A stretch of DNA of 64,000 nucleotides from the human T2T-CHM13v2.0 reference genome, Homo sapiens (GCF_009914755.1 NC_060926.1); one strand, 5' to 3'. Positions 1 through 17,480 are shown, counted from the first letter of the stretch. Made by a program: numbers and translations. Notes: a model not told the origin generated them from the letters alone.

Positions 1-75
1 TTGGGACGTTGGGCCCATTCCTTCAACTCTCTGAACTTCTGCATATTCACATTTAAAATGGAGGAAGTATAGTAG

Positions 76-230
76 GTCCCTATAATCCCAGCTACTCAGG
101 AGGCTGAGGTGGGAGGATCCCTTGAGCCCAGGAGTTCAAGACTGCAGTGAGCTACAAGTGTGCCTGTGAACAGCCACCAGTACTCCAGCCAGAGTGATGC
201 CATGAGACCCCACCTTTAAAAACATAAAAA
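76..230 (+). mobile_element. Alu monomer/right arm (AluJ-like)
   Basis: cctataatcccagctactcaggaggctgaggtgggaggatcccttgagcccaggag. Confidence 0.85.
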
Positions 231-879
231 TATAAATAAAATGGAGGAAATAATAAAGTATCTCACAGTGTTGTGAGGATCAAAGGGGATAAAATGAAAC
301 AGGAGCATCAAGAGGGAGGTGATGAGGTTCTCCTTCCCCTGTCCCCCCACTGGCCTGCTCAGAGTGGGAAAGAGCAGACGGGGCTCTGGGAGGAAGGGGC
401 CACCTCCCCTAGGCCTTCCAGATCGATTCATGTAGCCTTGGCTCTGGTCTCTCACCTGGGACCTGATAAGCAACTGACAAGTATCCACCTGCTGGGCACT
501 TCCCAGGGCCGGCCCTGTGCTAGGCATGTGGGTCCCTATGGATGAAACTCTTGCTCAAGAAATTCCATCCTGCATGATCCAGTATGGAGTGACAAGGGAG
601 ACACAGAGTTAGTCCAGGATTTTCTACAGTGGCCAGTCTTAGTAGATGCTTCATCAGTTCCTCATCAGCTGTTTGAATTAATGTCTCTAGGAAGAAGTCA
701 GGACTAAGGCAGGCGATTTAATCTGCCATAATAAGAAAATGCTGTGACCTCAGGGCAATTTCATAACATAAAATCCAAACAGCTCCCCCACCAGGTAGAT
801 CTGAAAAACACTAAGCTTCTTACTGGGTTTAACTACTTTGATAGATACATTCCTCAATTCATTCATTCAATTGATCATC

Positions 880-1870
<991 letters not shown>

Positions 1871-1965
1871 TGATCTGACCACTTCTCATCTCATACTTAA
1901 ATAGTAAGAAAAATCTATAGACTATCTTAAGTAGGAGTAAGAGAAGGGGTCAGAAAACAATTTAG

Positions 1966-2283
<318 letters not shown>

Positions 2284-2324
2284 CCAATTTAGAATTTTAA
2301 AGTAGACACATATAAATGATGGAT

Positions 2325-2652
2325 GGCCAGGCACGGTGGCTCATGCCTGTAATCCCAGCATTTTGGGAGGCCAAGGCGGGCAGATTACTTGAGGTCAGGA
2401 GTTCAAGACCAGCCTGGGCAACATGTAGTAGCCCCATCTCTACTAAAAATACCAAAATAAGCCAGCCATGGTGGTGTGTGTCTGTAATCCCAGCTACTCA
2501 GGAGGCTGAGGCAGGACAATCGCTTGAACCCGGGAGGCGGAGGTTGCAGTGAGCCGAGATTGCACCACCACTGCACTCTCGCCTGGGCGCCAAGAGTGAA
2601 ACTCTGTCTCAACAACAACAACAACAACAAAAAAAAAAAAAAGAAGAAAAAG
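2325..2652 (+). mobile_element. AluS with (CAA)n/A tail
   Basis: Full dimer; TSD aaatgatgga. Confidence 0.92.
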
Positions 2653-4335
2653 AAATGATGGAGGCAAATAAGTTTAACTCATCTGAAGAGGAATTTAGGC
2701 CAGGCTTGGAGATAGGTAGGAGGATATATTCTAGTAAAGTGATTCTTAACTTTTTTGGGTCATTCTTCTTTAGAAAAAGGTACTTGGTACATCTACAATA
2801 TTGAGTCTGGGGCCAGGCTCTGGCACCACAGAGCAGAAAGGGCACTTTGAAGGCGATATACCTGAGTCGATTAGGAAAGAGCCTACTGGAAGGCAGGAGG
2901 AAGGGGGAGGCAGTCAGTACTTGCAGAGCCCTTCTAGTGCCTGACTCTGTGATCTGGCAGGAACTGAAAAAAGCACAGGGCCTGCTGCGGGTCTGAGACT
3001 GGTGGGCAGCCTTAGAGGTTCCAGGAGTGGAATCATCTGTGACTCAGTGTGAAGTCCCACAGGGCTGGGGCTTTGCTGACTGAGCTGTCTCACTCCATAG
3101 GGCCACTGGAAAATGTCACAGTGACCCAGGCCTTTCTATCTCTCTCCTCCCAGGCTTCCCTCCCTGTTTGCTCAAGGGTCGGGGCATATGAGAAGTGTTC
3201 ATCCTTTCATGCTGGCTCACGGGCTCTGTGTGGGTGACGATGATGCACACATGTATACATGTGTGCAGATGTTGTTTTTTTCCTTCTTTGCCTTGCCCTG
3301 GCTACATGGCTGCTTGGACTCAACCTCACAATGCCACTTGCCTACTGCTCCCTCCTCTAACCTCTGAGTCTCATTTTTCTACATCTCGCTCCTACTTCCC
3401 CTCTTCCACCTCCCTCCTAAACACCATTGTTATTCCAGTCTCTATGGGTCACCATGCCAAGCACAGGAGGCTCCTTTGGTGTCTCCCAGATAACCCAGGG
3501 GCATGGTCCCTGCAGCCCCAGGCTGGCTTTCTGGTCCTGTAATCCAAGACCCTGACTTCAGAGGTAAGAGTGAGGAGGGACCCAACACTACAGGCTGCAA
3601 ACTCAGCCTACCAGACCCGGACAGTGTGCGAGTCAGCAAGACTGCCACCCTAGTTGGTATGAATCAGTGAAAAACGCTGTCCCTTGAGCTGGTTCCAGCA
3701 GAGAGGGTCTGCCTGCTTGTTCTGAAGCTTTCTTATTTCAAAGCGTACTCTCATGTTTCTTTTGCCACCTGACTATGGTGAAAAATCAATCCATTAACAC
3801 AAATTGAGCACCCACTGTGTACCTAATAGAAAACAGTCTCTAAGTTCATGAGGGCTAGTTGGGAAGAGAGAACTAAAGCACAGGAAAGGGAAAATGATAA
3901 AAGCGTAGAATAGCAAAGGCTCTGTGATGATACAATAACCAAATGCTGCAGCGGCTCAGGGAATGGGGAGATCCTGGAGGGCAAGGGTGCTGTCGAGAAG
4001 ATGGGATTTAATGCATTCCCGCTAAATGTCCATATTTGGAAGGATGAGCAGAAGTTTTACATGACTTTTTGTGGGCAAGGGGCCTTCTAGGAGAGAGGGA
4101 CCAGAACTACTTGGAGACAGTATTCCAAGAAAAAGAGCCACAGCCGATCTGCCTGCTTGCCTACCCACTATCCCCTTTAAAGGTCTTACATATTTTCTTT
4201 CATAAGAAAGTTTCTACCAAGAAGTCATCCTTCTTGAACCAAAACACTGACAACAGGCATGAAATCTGGCACGCCTTAAAATTCCTTGCTCAGTGCCTTC
4301 TCTTATCCTGTATCAACTCAAGCAGAAACTGTTTT

Positions 4336-4337
4336 CC

Positions 4338-4372
<35 letters not shown>

Positions 4373-4662
4373 GAGGGAGTCTCACTCTGTTGCCTAGGCT
4401 GGAGTGCAGTGGTGTGATCTTGGCTCACTGCATTACTGCGAAAATTCCACCTCCGAGGTTCAAGCAATTCTCCTGCCTCAGTCTCCAGAGTAACTGGGAC
4501 TACAGATGTGCACCACTATGCCCAGCTAATTTTTGTATTTTTATTAGAAATGGGGTTTCACCATGTTGGCCAGGCTGGTCTTGAACTCCTGACCTCAGGT
4601 GATCTGCCCACCTCAGCCTCCCAAAGTGCTGGGATTAGATGCGTGAGCCACCGCACCTGGCC
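4336..4662 (-). mobile_element. AluS
   Basis: Full dimer; TSD agaaactgtttt. Confidence 0.92.
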
Positions 4663-7281
4663 AGAAACTGTTTTCTGAGCCTCACAAATGGAGACGGGAA
4701 TGGGAGGAGGCCATCTAAATTAGGTGGCCAATAGTGGCTGAAGCCGAAAGAGCAAGAAAGGGGGAGATCCAGTGCCAGGAAAAGCAAGAAGCCTGAGGGA
4801 AGTCCAGAAAGCCATCCCCCTGCCTGCCCTGTCCCCATGGCCCATCCAGCTCCCAGAGGCACCCTGCCTCTGCTAAGTGGAACGTATGTGGTTCTGCCTG
4901 GGGACCTCCTGATCTAGCCATCCTTAAGCCCATCCTGGAGTCCTTCGGTCTAACTCTCTGCAGTATTTCCAGCTAAGCCACACCAGATAACTTGCATCAG
5001 AGTGAAAGAGCTCTGCAAAAAGAAAAGGCTCAGGTATCCCTGGCTTGTAGGAAAGGCTATGGAAGAACCCCAATCACTGGATTCTTTCTAACCTTCTAAG
5101 ATACCTTTCTTATCTTCTCTTCCTCTGAAGGCAGCTTCACAAATTTGTACCTTCATGGGTTCCTCTCCTGCTGCTCTCATCCAGAACTCTGCCTAACTTA
5201 AGAATCATGCAAATGCCAGGATTTAAAGTTAAGTATTGTCCAGGTTGTTTTTCCCACACAGAGGCCTTTGTTCAAATGAAATCTGACATTAAATGCCCGA
5301 TGTGGTATATAAAACAGATCTGAGTGGCCGCTTGGTGGAAGAGGGTGGGGAGCTGCAGAGATAGCCTTGAGCATCTCCTGCTCTTGTAGCATTAGAGCTC
5401 TTTCCTGAGCATTTCAAGGCCTGAAGTCAGAGCAGGGAAAGGAGGAAGGCAGAGCCTTGCCTGGAGTCCAGCCCACAAATTTTTTTTCTCCTAGCTACAA
5501 ATTTCAATACCTTACTCTTAAGTCCTGGAAATGTCATTTCTTCCATTCCCTTCTGCAGGCTCCATGATTGGTACAGAGTGGGGAGGGAGGGGCAGAGAGG
5601 GTCCTGCAGCTGGGGCTCCCTGATGTCCATACTTCTAAGGGCTGAGGGTGCTTTGGACATTGCAGGGAGAGAGTTGTTAACAGGCTGTGAGTTTCATGCT
5701 TCCCTGTGTGGGCTGCAGCATGTGCAGGAGATTCCAGCAGGCAAAAAAGGTGAATAAGAAATCTGTTCTCAGGAGGGCCGGCTAACCATGGCATTATTTT
5801 CTCCAGGCCTTCTAGAATCATTAACTAATCAAATCTAGACCTAAAGCCAATTATGCAAAAGGATATGTTAGGGTGAGGAAGTCTGAATGACTGCATTTAA
5901 TGCTTGCCTATTCTACAGGTTCCAGAAAGTGCCCGTGGGGACCGATAACTAGATCTGTTAAGGAGCACTGGAGATCCCAGGATAGCTGTGCTGCGTTCTG
6001 AGGAAGGCAGGACAGAACCCAGACAGTTTATTCTGTTCCCACAGCAGATAAAGGTCTCCCTTTGCCCTCTCCATTTCGAATGTTGAGCTCTCCAAGACCT
6101 AAGGAAAACTTTGTCCTGGATCACAGTGACTTGTGGCCTCTGAGTGCCTTTCCCGATTTCCTGGTAGTTTCACTTCCTGGAATGCCACAGTCTGACTTCT
6201 ACATCAGTGCCAGAGGCATGCCTTGTTATTTTCCCCTGGACACCTCACAGGTTTGAAACTCTGAAGTCACCTCATGCTTTCCCTTCTCTCCCACCTCCCA
6301 CAGCAGCAGTCCCCATGTTGAGATTACCCAACCCCCAACCAGTATTCTCATACATCAGTCCTCTCCTCTCCATCCCAACCCCACTGAGAGCAGCTGGAGA
6401 GGACTGTTGCTGCCAGCCCCCAGCTGATTTCCCTGCCTGGCAAATCCCCTCACTCAGCCCCAGCCCTGGCCCATCACACACACTGCTGCCAGAGATTCCA
6501 CAAGTATGTCTCCGGTAACATCAGTCTCCTCTGAGTGCCTTCCCACCTCATTCCTGCTTTAAACCCTCTCTAGCTTCCCATTACCTGCAGAAGGAGATCG
6601 GGCCTTGGCACTGAGCCATCCCACAAGCAAGTGCCCCTGCCTTGCTCAGTTCATTTCCTGCTCCTCTTCCTTGCCTGGCCTGAGCCTGTGTTCTGACCAC
6701 AAAAGTCCACTCACTGCTGCCCAATCAGCTCCCGGGTTCTCCCCAACTCAGGGCTTTGGCTCCAACTTCTCTTTCTGCATTGACTGTTCTGCTCTCATTT
6801 GTGTCACATCTCTCCCTTCCTTTGGGCCCACTCCACTCTCCAGACCCTTTCCAGAGAGACCCCACAGAATGCACCTCCTACTTCCCCAAGCTCCTCCAGC
6901 AGGCTGCTAGGAGACGGTCTGAGAGCAGAGCTCTGTCTGCATCCATCCCTCACTGACAGTGGGAGATCTCAGAGGTGTGGAGCTCTTGTGTTGTATTTCT
7001 TTCTTCGAGGAAAACTGAGAAGTAACTTTAATTTTTTCATTGTAATTTTAACTCCTCAAAGAAGACATTAAATATTAACACAACTTAATAATGTTATTTT
7101 ACTGTGGCATTTAGTCAACCACCGATTTGGGGACAAAAGAAACAACGTGTACTTTTAAGGTAGTCAAGATTCAATCGTAATTAACTTGGAACACCAAAGA
7201 GGAAAACATCAGCAGTGTATTCTACAAAATCCTTATATGCTGAAGGAATGTGAAGTTACCACCAGCACTTGATATCCTTGA

Positions 7282-7609
<328 letters not shown>

Positions 7610-8871
7610 TAAAACAAGACAATATTGTTCTGATCAATCAATTGCCTAACTTCTGATTAAAGAAAAAAATCAGGGTGATTCTCAGTCCTCAGCTACTTTT
7701 CAGTCTAAAGAAAAAGATCTATATTTTATGCTTAAGAAAATCAAGCTGGGCTGGGTGCGGAATCTACTGAGTATTATATTCCAACAAATATTTACCGAAC
7801 ACTTACTAGGCTTTCTGTGTGTCCTTCTAAGCAAATGCTGCAATTGGAAAAATGAATAAATTGCCAATGGCAGAATTTTAGCTATTGGGCAAGTCTGGCA
7901 GGTTGGGGGCTGAGGGGAGCCTGCTTGCATATCACTTGCAGCTCTGTTCCAAATGCTATCCTGCTGAGAGGAAAAGCTGATCTAGGCGAAACCTGCCCTG
8001 GTGCGGTATCACTGAGAGATTATTCCAAAACTAGCTTCTTCCACATAGGCAGAGAAGTGTACACAGACCATTTTGACTGAGGATTCAGATCCTGGAAGGT
8101 TCACACATCTGGGGAGGCTTCCAGGGAACACAATCCTGTGTCCTGCCTTGGCAAGCAGCCCCAGCCACAGTAACTGATGAGGGGCCTTGCATCAATTACA
8201 AAGGCTTATCTGGCCTCCTTTTCTCTCATTCTGCTGTCTATTAAGGTGAACTTCTTTGCTCAGCTTTGATCCCTTGCCTCAAAACAGTGTTCTTGCTTCT
8301 CATTGGGACCGCTGATCCAGAGACCTTTCCTGGCACCCAGCCCCAAGCACAGAGAATCCGAGTCTGCTAAAGCAGGCACCCTCCCAGATGGCCACTTGTC
8401 CAGAGGTGTGACCTTATTTCTACTCCATCTGCCCCCATCTCTTTCATCCAGCAGCCCATTTTCTACCCACAGCCTGAGTTCCTTTTAGCTTTCGTAGCAT
8501 TTGCCATTACATGCACATGACCCCGGGCCTGGGGCTGTAACCGCTTATACGACGGCTGCGACCTCAGGACTACCCAGCTAGGGTGCTCTTCTTTCCACTC
8601 CCCTCCTCCCTCCTGGGTTCATGTTATTATCAAATGAGCAGCTAGGACACAAAGTAGAGAAACTTAACGTACACATAATCATTTCTCGCTTTCTGTCACA
8701 TATAAAAACTCAGGAACAAAATGATGGTTTTGTGATTCCTGAGTTATGGAACCACACAGATAATAGAGACTTGGCATTATTTAAAACCGATGACAACGTA
8801 ACCAGCAAAAGACCTAACAGTTTATTAAATTTCTACCTTTAAAAATAATTTTTCTTTAGGATGTCCTACAG

Positions 8872-9075
8872 CAGGGGTCAGCAAACTACGGCTAGTAGAT
8901 CAAATCTGAGAAGCTGCCTATTTTTGTAAGCAAAGTTTTATTGGAACACAGTCATGCCCATTTGTTTACCTACTGTTTGTGGCTTTCCCACTAAGATGGC
9001 AGAGTTGAGACACAGACCAAATGACCAACAATGCCTAAGATACTATCTGGCTCATTATAGAAAAGTGTTCCAACC
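8872..9075. mobile_element. MER58A-like hAT-Charlie element
   Basis: caggggtcagcaaactacggc...aaagttttattggaacacagtcatgcccatttgtttac...ttatagaaaagtgttccaacctct. Confidence 0.85.
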
Positions 9076-9122
9076 TCTATCCTGCAGCGATAAGACAATG
9101 CAAAAGGATAAGAACGAGGTAC

Positions 9123-9254
9123 CTGTTGACTGGCAGGTATTTTCTTGTGACATGGCAGTTGTCACGGTTTCCGTGGCTGCATCTCTAACAGCTTGCTCCT
9201 CACTCTGCAGAAGGGTAAGGACACACTTCCAGAGAGCAAGTGTATCCTGCAACT
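9123..9254 (-). CDS. THADA: THADA coding exon (~exon 36), 132 bp
   Basis: Acceptor tcttcttag|AG, donor CAG|gtacct; encodes (E)LQDTLALWKCVLTLLQSEEQAVRDAATETVTTAMSQENTCQST; phase 1 to 1. Confidence 0.95.
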
Positions 9255-9709
9255 CTAAGAAGACCAAAAGGAATCTGAATTACCTAGAATGCAATTAACA
9301 GGCAGGTGCAAATACTGCTTCAAATCCCTGGTGGAAGAGAGGAGCATTGAATGAGTTACAGCTATCTCTTTTTTTCTGGGTATTGTTAAGATAGAAAGAG
9401 TGTTAGACAAACATTGGCAAAGACAGACTCCTAAGGGAGCAGATTTGGAAATGCCTTTTTTGGGGGTGAGGATGTAGGCTTTCCGGAGGCAACCAGCGCT
9501 AGGCAAGGCCTCCAGAAGATGCTGCCCAGGTGACAAAGACCCTCTGCCCTGCTCTCCTAGTTGAGTCCTGATTCTCTAGAAGAAAACTTTATGCATAAGA
9601 CTGCTTTGGAGAAACTAGCCCAGTGTTGATTCAAGTGTCTGAGCCTATAAATTCTGAAAGTGAAGCATCAATCAAGATTATGCTCTGGGGGCAAGAATAA
9701 AAAAAGAGA

Positions 9710-10130
<421 letters not shown>

Positions 10131-10795
10131 TCAGCCTGTGCTAGGTGCTGCTGCGGACAATGAATAATAAAAGATAGTATCTTGTCCTGAGCAATCAAAA
10201 GGAATATAAAGTCAAAAACACAAAGCAATGAGTTGTGAAGAACAAAATTGTGTGGCTGTGATTCCCAACAGGAAAGATGAGAGTGGACTGCTGTAACTGA
10301 CACAGAATTCATGACGAAAGTGAGAGGTGAGCATGGCCTCCCAGAAAGGGGTACCTCTAGTCCAGGTGGGGTGGGCCTGGGCTTGTGGAGGGTTATCACT
10401 GGAGGGCCATGGAAGACCACCACGCAGCATCCCCATCCTTTCAATGGAGAAACTACCCTTCCCTAAGAACTCCCCTTTGTCTATCCTCTACCTCATCTGT
10501 ACATGGAGAACCTGGTTTCAGAGTCACTGATGCTTTAGTCATACCAATAATAACAGTGGCTCCATTTGGGGTTTCGTTCTCTTCTTTTCATTACAGATCT
10601 GATTTAAATTTTACTCAGCCTTTCAGTCTCCATTCTTTCTAGTTGTTCTGTAAGGGTTCAATACCTTCCTTTCTTAATATTTTCCTCTTTAATATGGTCA
10701 TCATTTATATCCTTCAGATCCTTCCCTCTTTAGTCCACTTCAATTTTTCTTTTTCCTTAAATGACTTTGCTGTGCCCTTGACTTTTCTCATGTAC

Positions 10796-11422
<627 letters not shown>

Positions 11423-13253
11423 TATTTCTCATGTTCTTGTAGGCACAGGACCAAATTTCACAAAAGAATTCCAGGTTATTCCACACACATTTTACCTGTT
11501 ATAAGCTAGGGTTTGAGTAGTTAAAGTCACCCAGAAAATGTGCTGCAAAATGGTATTAACTTTACTGGAGAAGCTTGACTAAGGTTTGTCACCCTTTGCT
11601 CTTATTCCTTCGGGTCTCATGATTAAATCACACTCACAGAAGGTCCCTTCTCAATGTCTCTCTGGCTGTAAGAAAAATGCCTGAAGTCACTAAGAAGAAA
11701 AAAGTTAAAACCATATTGAAGAAAACGTTGTCTCCCAGAGAGATACAGGGACAGGAGACCCTTTATTGGTCTGAACTCCTACAACATTTAAAATTTGGAT
11801 CTCACTATCTAAAAAACAATTCCTTCCTTTATTCTGTAAATCCTTTCTCCACAACTATACTGAAAGCTCCTTGGAGGCAGTGACCATGTCTGATTCTTGA
11901 GGGCTGGGCATGGAAGAGGTACACAAAAATATAATTCTACTAATAGGTGAGAAGAGAATCATAGCATGTTAATACGGGATTAAACATGGCAGGAGAGGGC
12001 AGGGTTGGGGTTGAAGCACAGCTGTAGAACCTGGGGTTTCCTTTTATTAAACCCTATGCTTAAAAGCAAAACAAAAAACAAAATGACACAATTTAAAAAA
12101 TTTTAAAAAAAGAACTATGCTTTTCAATTCCTTAGGATATTCTCAAGCTTGGTTTTCTTATACATCATTGACATGCTGCCCTTTCCTATTACTCTTGACA
12201 CACGGAGTAGCAGTGAGGAGAGACATGGACGTGTACAACATGCTGGAAACCAGATAAGATCTGTACATCCATTTAATTTCAAAATATCTCCACCTTTACG
12301 TCCCAAAGATACTAATATGGTTTGGATTCACAAATCTCATGTTGAATTGGAGTGGATGGTGGGAGGTGAGTGAATCCTGAAGGCAGATTTCCTCCTTGCT
12401 GTTCTCATGATAGTGAGTGAATTCTCACAAGATCTGATGGTTTAAAAGTGTGTGGCACTTCTCCCTGCTCTCTGACTCTCCTGCTCTGCCATGGGAAGCT
12501 GTGCCTTGCTTCCCCTTTGCCTTCTGCCATGATTGTAAGTTTCCTAAGGCCTCCCAGCCATGCTTCCTGTTAAGCCCATGGAACTGTGAGCCAATTAAAC
12601 CTCTTTTCTTGATGAATTACCCAGTCTCAGATAGTTCTATATAGGAGTGTGAGAATGGACCAATACAGAAAATTGGTACTGGAAGTGGAGCACTGCTATA
12701 AAGACATTTCCACCTGAAAATGTGGAAGCAACTTTGGAACCGGGTAATGGGCAGAGGTTGAAACAGTTTGGAGGGCTCAGAAAAAGACAGGAAGATGTGG
12801 GAAAGTTTGGAACTTCCTATAGACTTGTTGAATGGTTTTGATCAAAATGCTGACAGTGATATGGGCAATGAAGTCCAGACTGAGGTGCTCTCAGATGCAG
12901 ATGAGGAACTTATTGGGAACTGAAGTAAGGTCACTCTTGCTCTGCTTTAGCAAAGAGATTGGTGGCATTTTGCCCCTGCCCTAGAGATCTGTGGAACTTT
13001 GAACTTGAGAGAGATGACTGAGGGTATCCGGCAGAAAAAATTTGTAAGCAGCAAAGCATTCAAGATGTGACCTGGCTGTTTCTAAAAGTATACACTCATA
13101 TGCATGAACAAAGAGATTATCTGAAACTGGAACTTACATTTAAAAGAAAGTGAAGCAGAGCATGGAGCCTGGCCATGTGGTACAAAAGAAAAACCCATTT
13201 TCTGGGAAGAAATTCAAGCCTGCTGCAGAATTTGCATAAGTAAAGAGGAGCCA

Positions 13254-13599
<346 letters not shown>

Positions 13600-14925
13600 T
13601 CAGAGACCTTCACAGCAGCCCCTCCCACCAAAGGCCAGGAGGCCTAGGAAGAAAAAATGGTTTCTTAGGCCAGGCCCAGGGCCCAGCTGCTCTGTGCAGC
13701 CTCAGGACACAGCACGCTGTGTCCCAGCTGCTCTAGCTCCAGCTGTGACTAAAAGGGGCCAAGGTACAGCTCGGGCCATTGCTTCAGAGGGTGCAAGCCC
13801 CAAGCCTTGGTGGCTTTCATGTGGTGTTGGGCCTGTGGGTGTGCAAAAGGCAAGAGTTGAGGTTTGGGAACCTCTGCCTAAAGTTCAGAGGGATGATGAA
13901 AACACCCAGATGTCCAGGCAGAAGTCTGCTGCAGGAGTGGGGCCCTCATGGAGAACCTCTATTAGGGCAATATAGACGGGGAAATGTGGGGTTAGAGCCC
14001 TCACACAGAGTTCCCACTGGGGCACTACCTAGTGGAGCTGCGAGAAGAGGACCACCGTCCTCCAGACCCCAGAATGGTAGGTCCACCGACAGCTTGCACT
14101 GTGTGCCTGGAAAAGCCGCAGGCACTCAACACCACCCTGTGAAAGCAGCTGCAAGGGCTGTACCCTGTAAAGCCACAGGGGCAGAGCTGCACAAGGCCTT
14201 TGGGAGCCCACTCCCTGCATCAGCATGCCCTGGATGTGAGACATGGAGTCAAAGGAATTTATTTTAAAGCTTTAAGATTTAATGACTGCCCTGCTGGGTT
14301 TTGAACTTGCATGGGGCCCGTAGACCCTTTGCTTTGGCCAATCTCTCCCATTTGGAATGGGAGCATTTACCCACCACCTGTACCCCCATTGTATCTTGGA
14401 AGTAGCTAACTTGTTTTTGATTTTACAGGCTCATGGGTGGAAGGGAGTTACCCTGGCTCAGATAAGACTTTGGACTGTGGACTTTTGAGCTGATGCTGAA
14501 ATGAGCTGAACCTGGAGGACTGTTGAGAAGGGATAATTGTATTTTGCAATGTGAGAAGGACATGAGATTCAGGAGGGGCCTGGGGCAAAATGATATGATC
14601 TGGACTTGTGTCCCCACCCAAATCTCATGTTGAATTGGAGGCGGGGCCTGGTGGGAGGTGATTGGATCATGTAGGCAGATTTCCCCCTTGCTATTCTCAT
14701 GACAGTGAGTGAGTTCTTATGAGATCTGATGGTTTTAAAGTGTGTGGCACTTCTTCCTGCTCTCTCTCTCTCCTGCCACCATGTGAAGAAGGTGTTTGCT
14801 TCCCCTTTACCTTCTGCCATAATTGTTAAGTTTCCTGAGGCCTCCCAGCCATGCTTCCTGTTAAGACTATGGAACTGTGAGTCAATTAAACCTCTTTTCT
14901 TCATAAATTACCCAGTCTCAGGTAG

Positions 14926-15207
<282 letters not shown>

Positions 15208-15254
15208 TCAGGTAGTTCTTTATAGCAGTGTGAGAACAGACTAATACAGATACC

Positions 15255-16150
15255 TTCAACTTAAAAATCACTGAATGCAACCAGCAGCCTATCCAGTCAC
15301 TTTAGCCAGAAGCCTAGAAGTCATTCTTGAATTTTCCTCTATATCAACCTCAATACCACCAAGTCCTGTTGATTCTACTTCCTAAATCTTTTGAGCCTGT
15401 TCTCTCTTCCTTGCTGCCACAGCTTCACACTCATCCATTCATTTCTCACCTAGATTATTGCAATAGGCCTCCCAGAAGAGGGGACAGTTAGGCTGTTTTG
15501 AAAGACAAATAGAAGTCAGTCAAGCAGTGGTTTGTTTAATTTAGAGAACTGTTCCCTACTGATGACACATAGGGCCCGTGTTAGGGAGTGGTGGATGATA
15601 AGGCAGGAGGAGTGGGCTAGGGGACAGAAAAGGAAGGGCCTTATGAGCCGTGCTAAAGGGTGTTTAGGCTTTATACTGAAAGCAGTGGGAACCCACTCAA
15701 AGGTTTTAAATAGTGGACTGAAATTATCAGACTTGCATTTCATAAAGAGGCTCTTTGTAGAAAAAAGTTTAGGGGTAAGGCTGAAAAACAAGAGGCTGGT
15801 TAAGAGTGTGTTGGTGGTCTGGGAGTGGTGGCTCACACCTGTAATCCCAGTACTTTGGGAGGCTGAGGTGGGTGGATCACCTGAGGTCAAGAGTTCGAGA
15901 CCAGCCTGGCCAATATGGTGAAAACTCATCTCTACTAAAAATACAAAAATTAGCTGGGTTTGGTGATGGCTACTCAGGAGACTGAGGCAGGAGGATTGCT
16001 TGAAACCAGGAGGTGGAGGTTGCACTAAGCCGAGATCGTACCACTGCACTCCAGCCTGGGTGACAAGAGTGAAACTCCGTCTCAAAAAAAAAGAGTGTGT
16101 TCGTGAAAATGATTAGAGCATGAACTAAGACGGTAGGAATATAACTGAAA
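15255..16150. mobile_element. L2 fragments (host of the Alu at 15817)
   Basis: gccagaagcctagaagtcattcttg...gattattgcaataggcctcc and gggccttatgagccgtgctaaagggtgtttaggctttatactgaaagcagtgggaacccact. Confidence 0.65.
15817..16090 (+). mobile_element. AluS (Sq-like), donor of the duplicated segment at 51.5 kb
   Basis: TSD aagagtgtgtt(g/c)gtg at 15802-15816 and 16091-16105; small internal deletion. Confidence 0.92.
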
Positions 16151-16265
16151 GACATAAAGGCAGGTGTCATGTTGCCATCTTTCACCTTCCCTTTTTTTAG
16201 GCAAGAATATCTATTCATATTTTAAGTGAGTTTGGTACAACAGACTTCCGTCTCGGCGCACTTAC

Positions 16266-16419
16266 CAAGAATAGGATGGGGGTTGGTGAGGAAAAGTGGT
16301 GTAGTACTGGTGAGGACTTCAACGACGGCCAGCCTAGACTCTGTAGGAAGATGGTCTTCACATGACAAGATGACCAGCTGAACCCACTGCTTCAGCTCAG
16401 CAGCTATCAATTCCCTGTT
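16266..16419 (-). CDS. THADA: THADA coding exon (~exon 35), 154 bp
   Basis: Acceptor gcttttag|AAC, donor TTG|gtaagt; encodes NRELIAAELKQWVQLVILSCEDHLPTESRLAVVEVLTSTTPLFLTNPHPIL(E); phase 0 to 1. Confidence 0.96.
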
Positions 16420-16656
16420 CTAAAAGCACAAAATGTACCTATCAGTAGTTCAGAAGATGCAACAAGGGCTGACACAGAATTAGGGGTGACCTACACCAAA
16501 CTGGGCCTGTAGATTAGCTCTTAGCTCAATGGGAAGAAAGTTGTTTTTTAGTTGCTTTTCGATTCCAACTAGAGAGAAATATGCCCAAGGAAGAAAATCT
16601 GACTTGTCTTTCGGTAAGATGGAGTCACTATGACTAGACAACAAGTTCCTTTAGTC

Positions 16657-16953
16657 TTTTTTTTTGGTTTGAGGCAAGGTCTTGCTCTGTTGCCCAGGCT
16701 GGAGTGCAATGGTGCGATCTTGGCTCACTGCAACCTCTGCCTCCTGGGTTAAAGTGATTCTCTTGCTTCAGCCTTCCGAGTAGCTGAAAGTACAGGTGTG
16801 TGCCACCACACCTGGCTAATTTTTGTATTTAGCAAAATTAGACAGGGTTTCGCCATGTTGGTCAGGCTGGTCTCAAACTCCTGGCCTCAAGTGATCAACT
16901 TGCCTCGGCCTCCCAAAGTGCTGGCATTACAGACATGAGCCACTGCTCCCGGC
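16657..16953 (-). mobile_element. AluS
   Basis: TSD ttcctttagtctttt. Confidence 0.92.
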
Positions 16954-17074
16954 CTTCCTTTAGTCTTTTTGGATGCAAATCAGGTTATGAGAACACTGGC
17001 ATACATTTGGTCTGGTAAAGACCAAACTTGTGGGGAAAGACTGTCCAGCAAATAACAACTTATTGTCACCAATA

Positions 17075-17480
17075 ACCAGATGCCCCTCCTATAGTAAAAG
17101 AACCCCAGATTCTTGGCTGGGCCCATGGGCACCCAGCTAGAGACTACATGTCCCAGTCTCTCTTGCTTTTGGGAGTAACAGGTGATTAAGTTCTGAAGAC
17201 TGGGATGACACTAGAAGTAGTATCTGTGCACTTTCAAGTCATGCCTTAGGAAATGCCCATGATCTTTATTTCTTGGGTTTCCCCTTCCTGCTGGCTAAAC
17301 AAGGACAAGATGGTGGAAGCTGGAGCAAACAGGTGGGACCCTAAGATAGAAACTATGTGTTTAGGACAGCAGAACAACAAAGTATGAGAACCTGGTGACT
17401 CAACACTGTCAAGATACATTGGCTTTGGACTGTTTCTATCTGATTTAAGCCACAGTATTTATGTTTCTATTACAACATTT
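17075..17480. mobile_element. MLT1-family MaLR LTR
   Basis: cccagctagagactacatgtcccagtctctcttgc...tgattaagttctg and tttaagccacagtattt motifs typical of old MLT1 LTRs. Confidence 0.7.

Noticed and set aside
9253-9256. Tandem AGAG acceptor at the 132-bp exon
   Set aside because: Only the first AG keeps the frame; nothing in the sequence supports use of the second.
15516-16085. 189-aa ORF and similar ORFs elsewhere (e.g. 25424..25924, 40055..40534, 45965..46366)
   Set aside because: Alu translations ([15 protein letters not shown] motifs).
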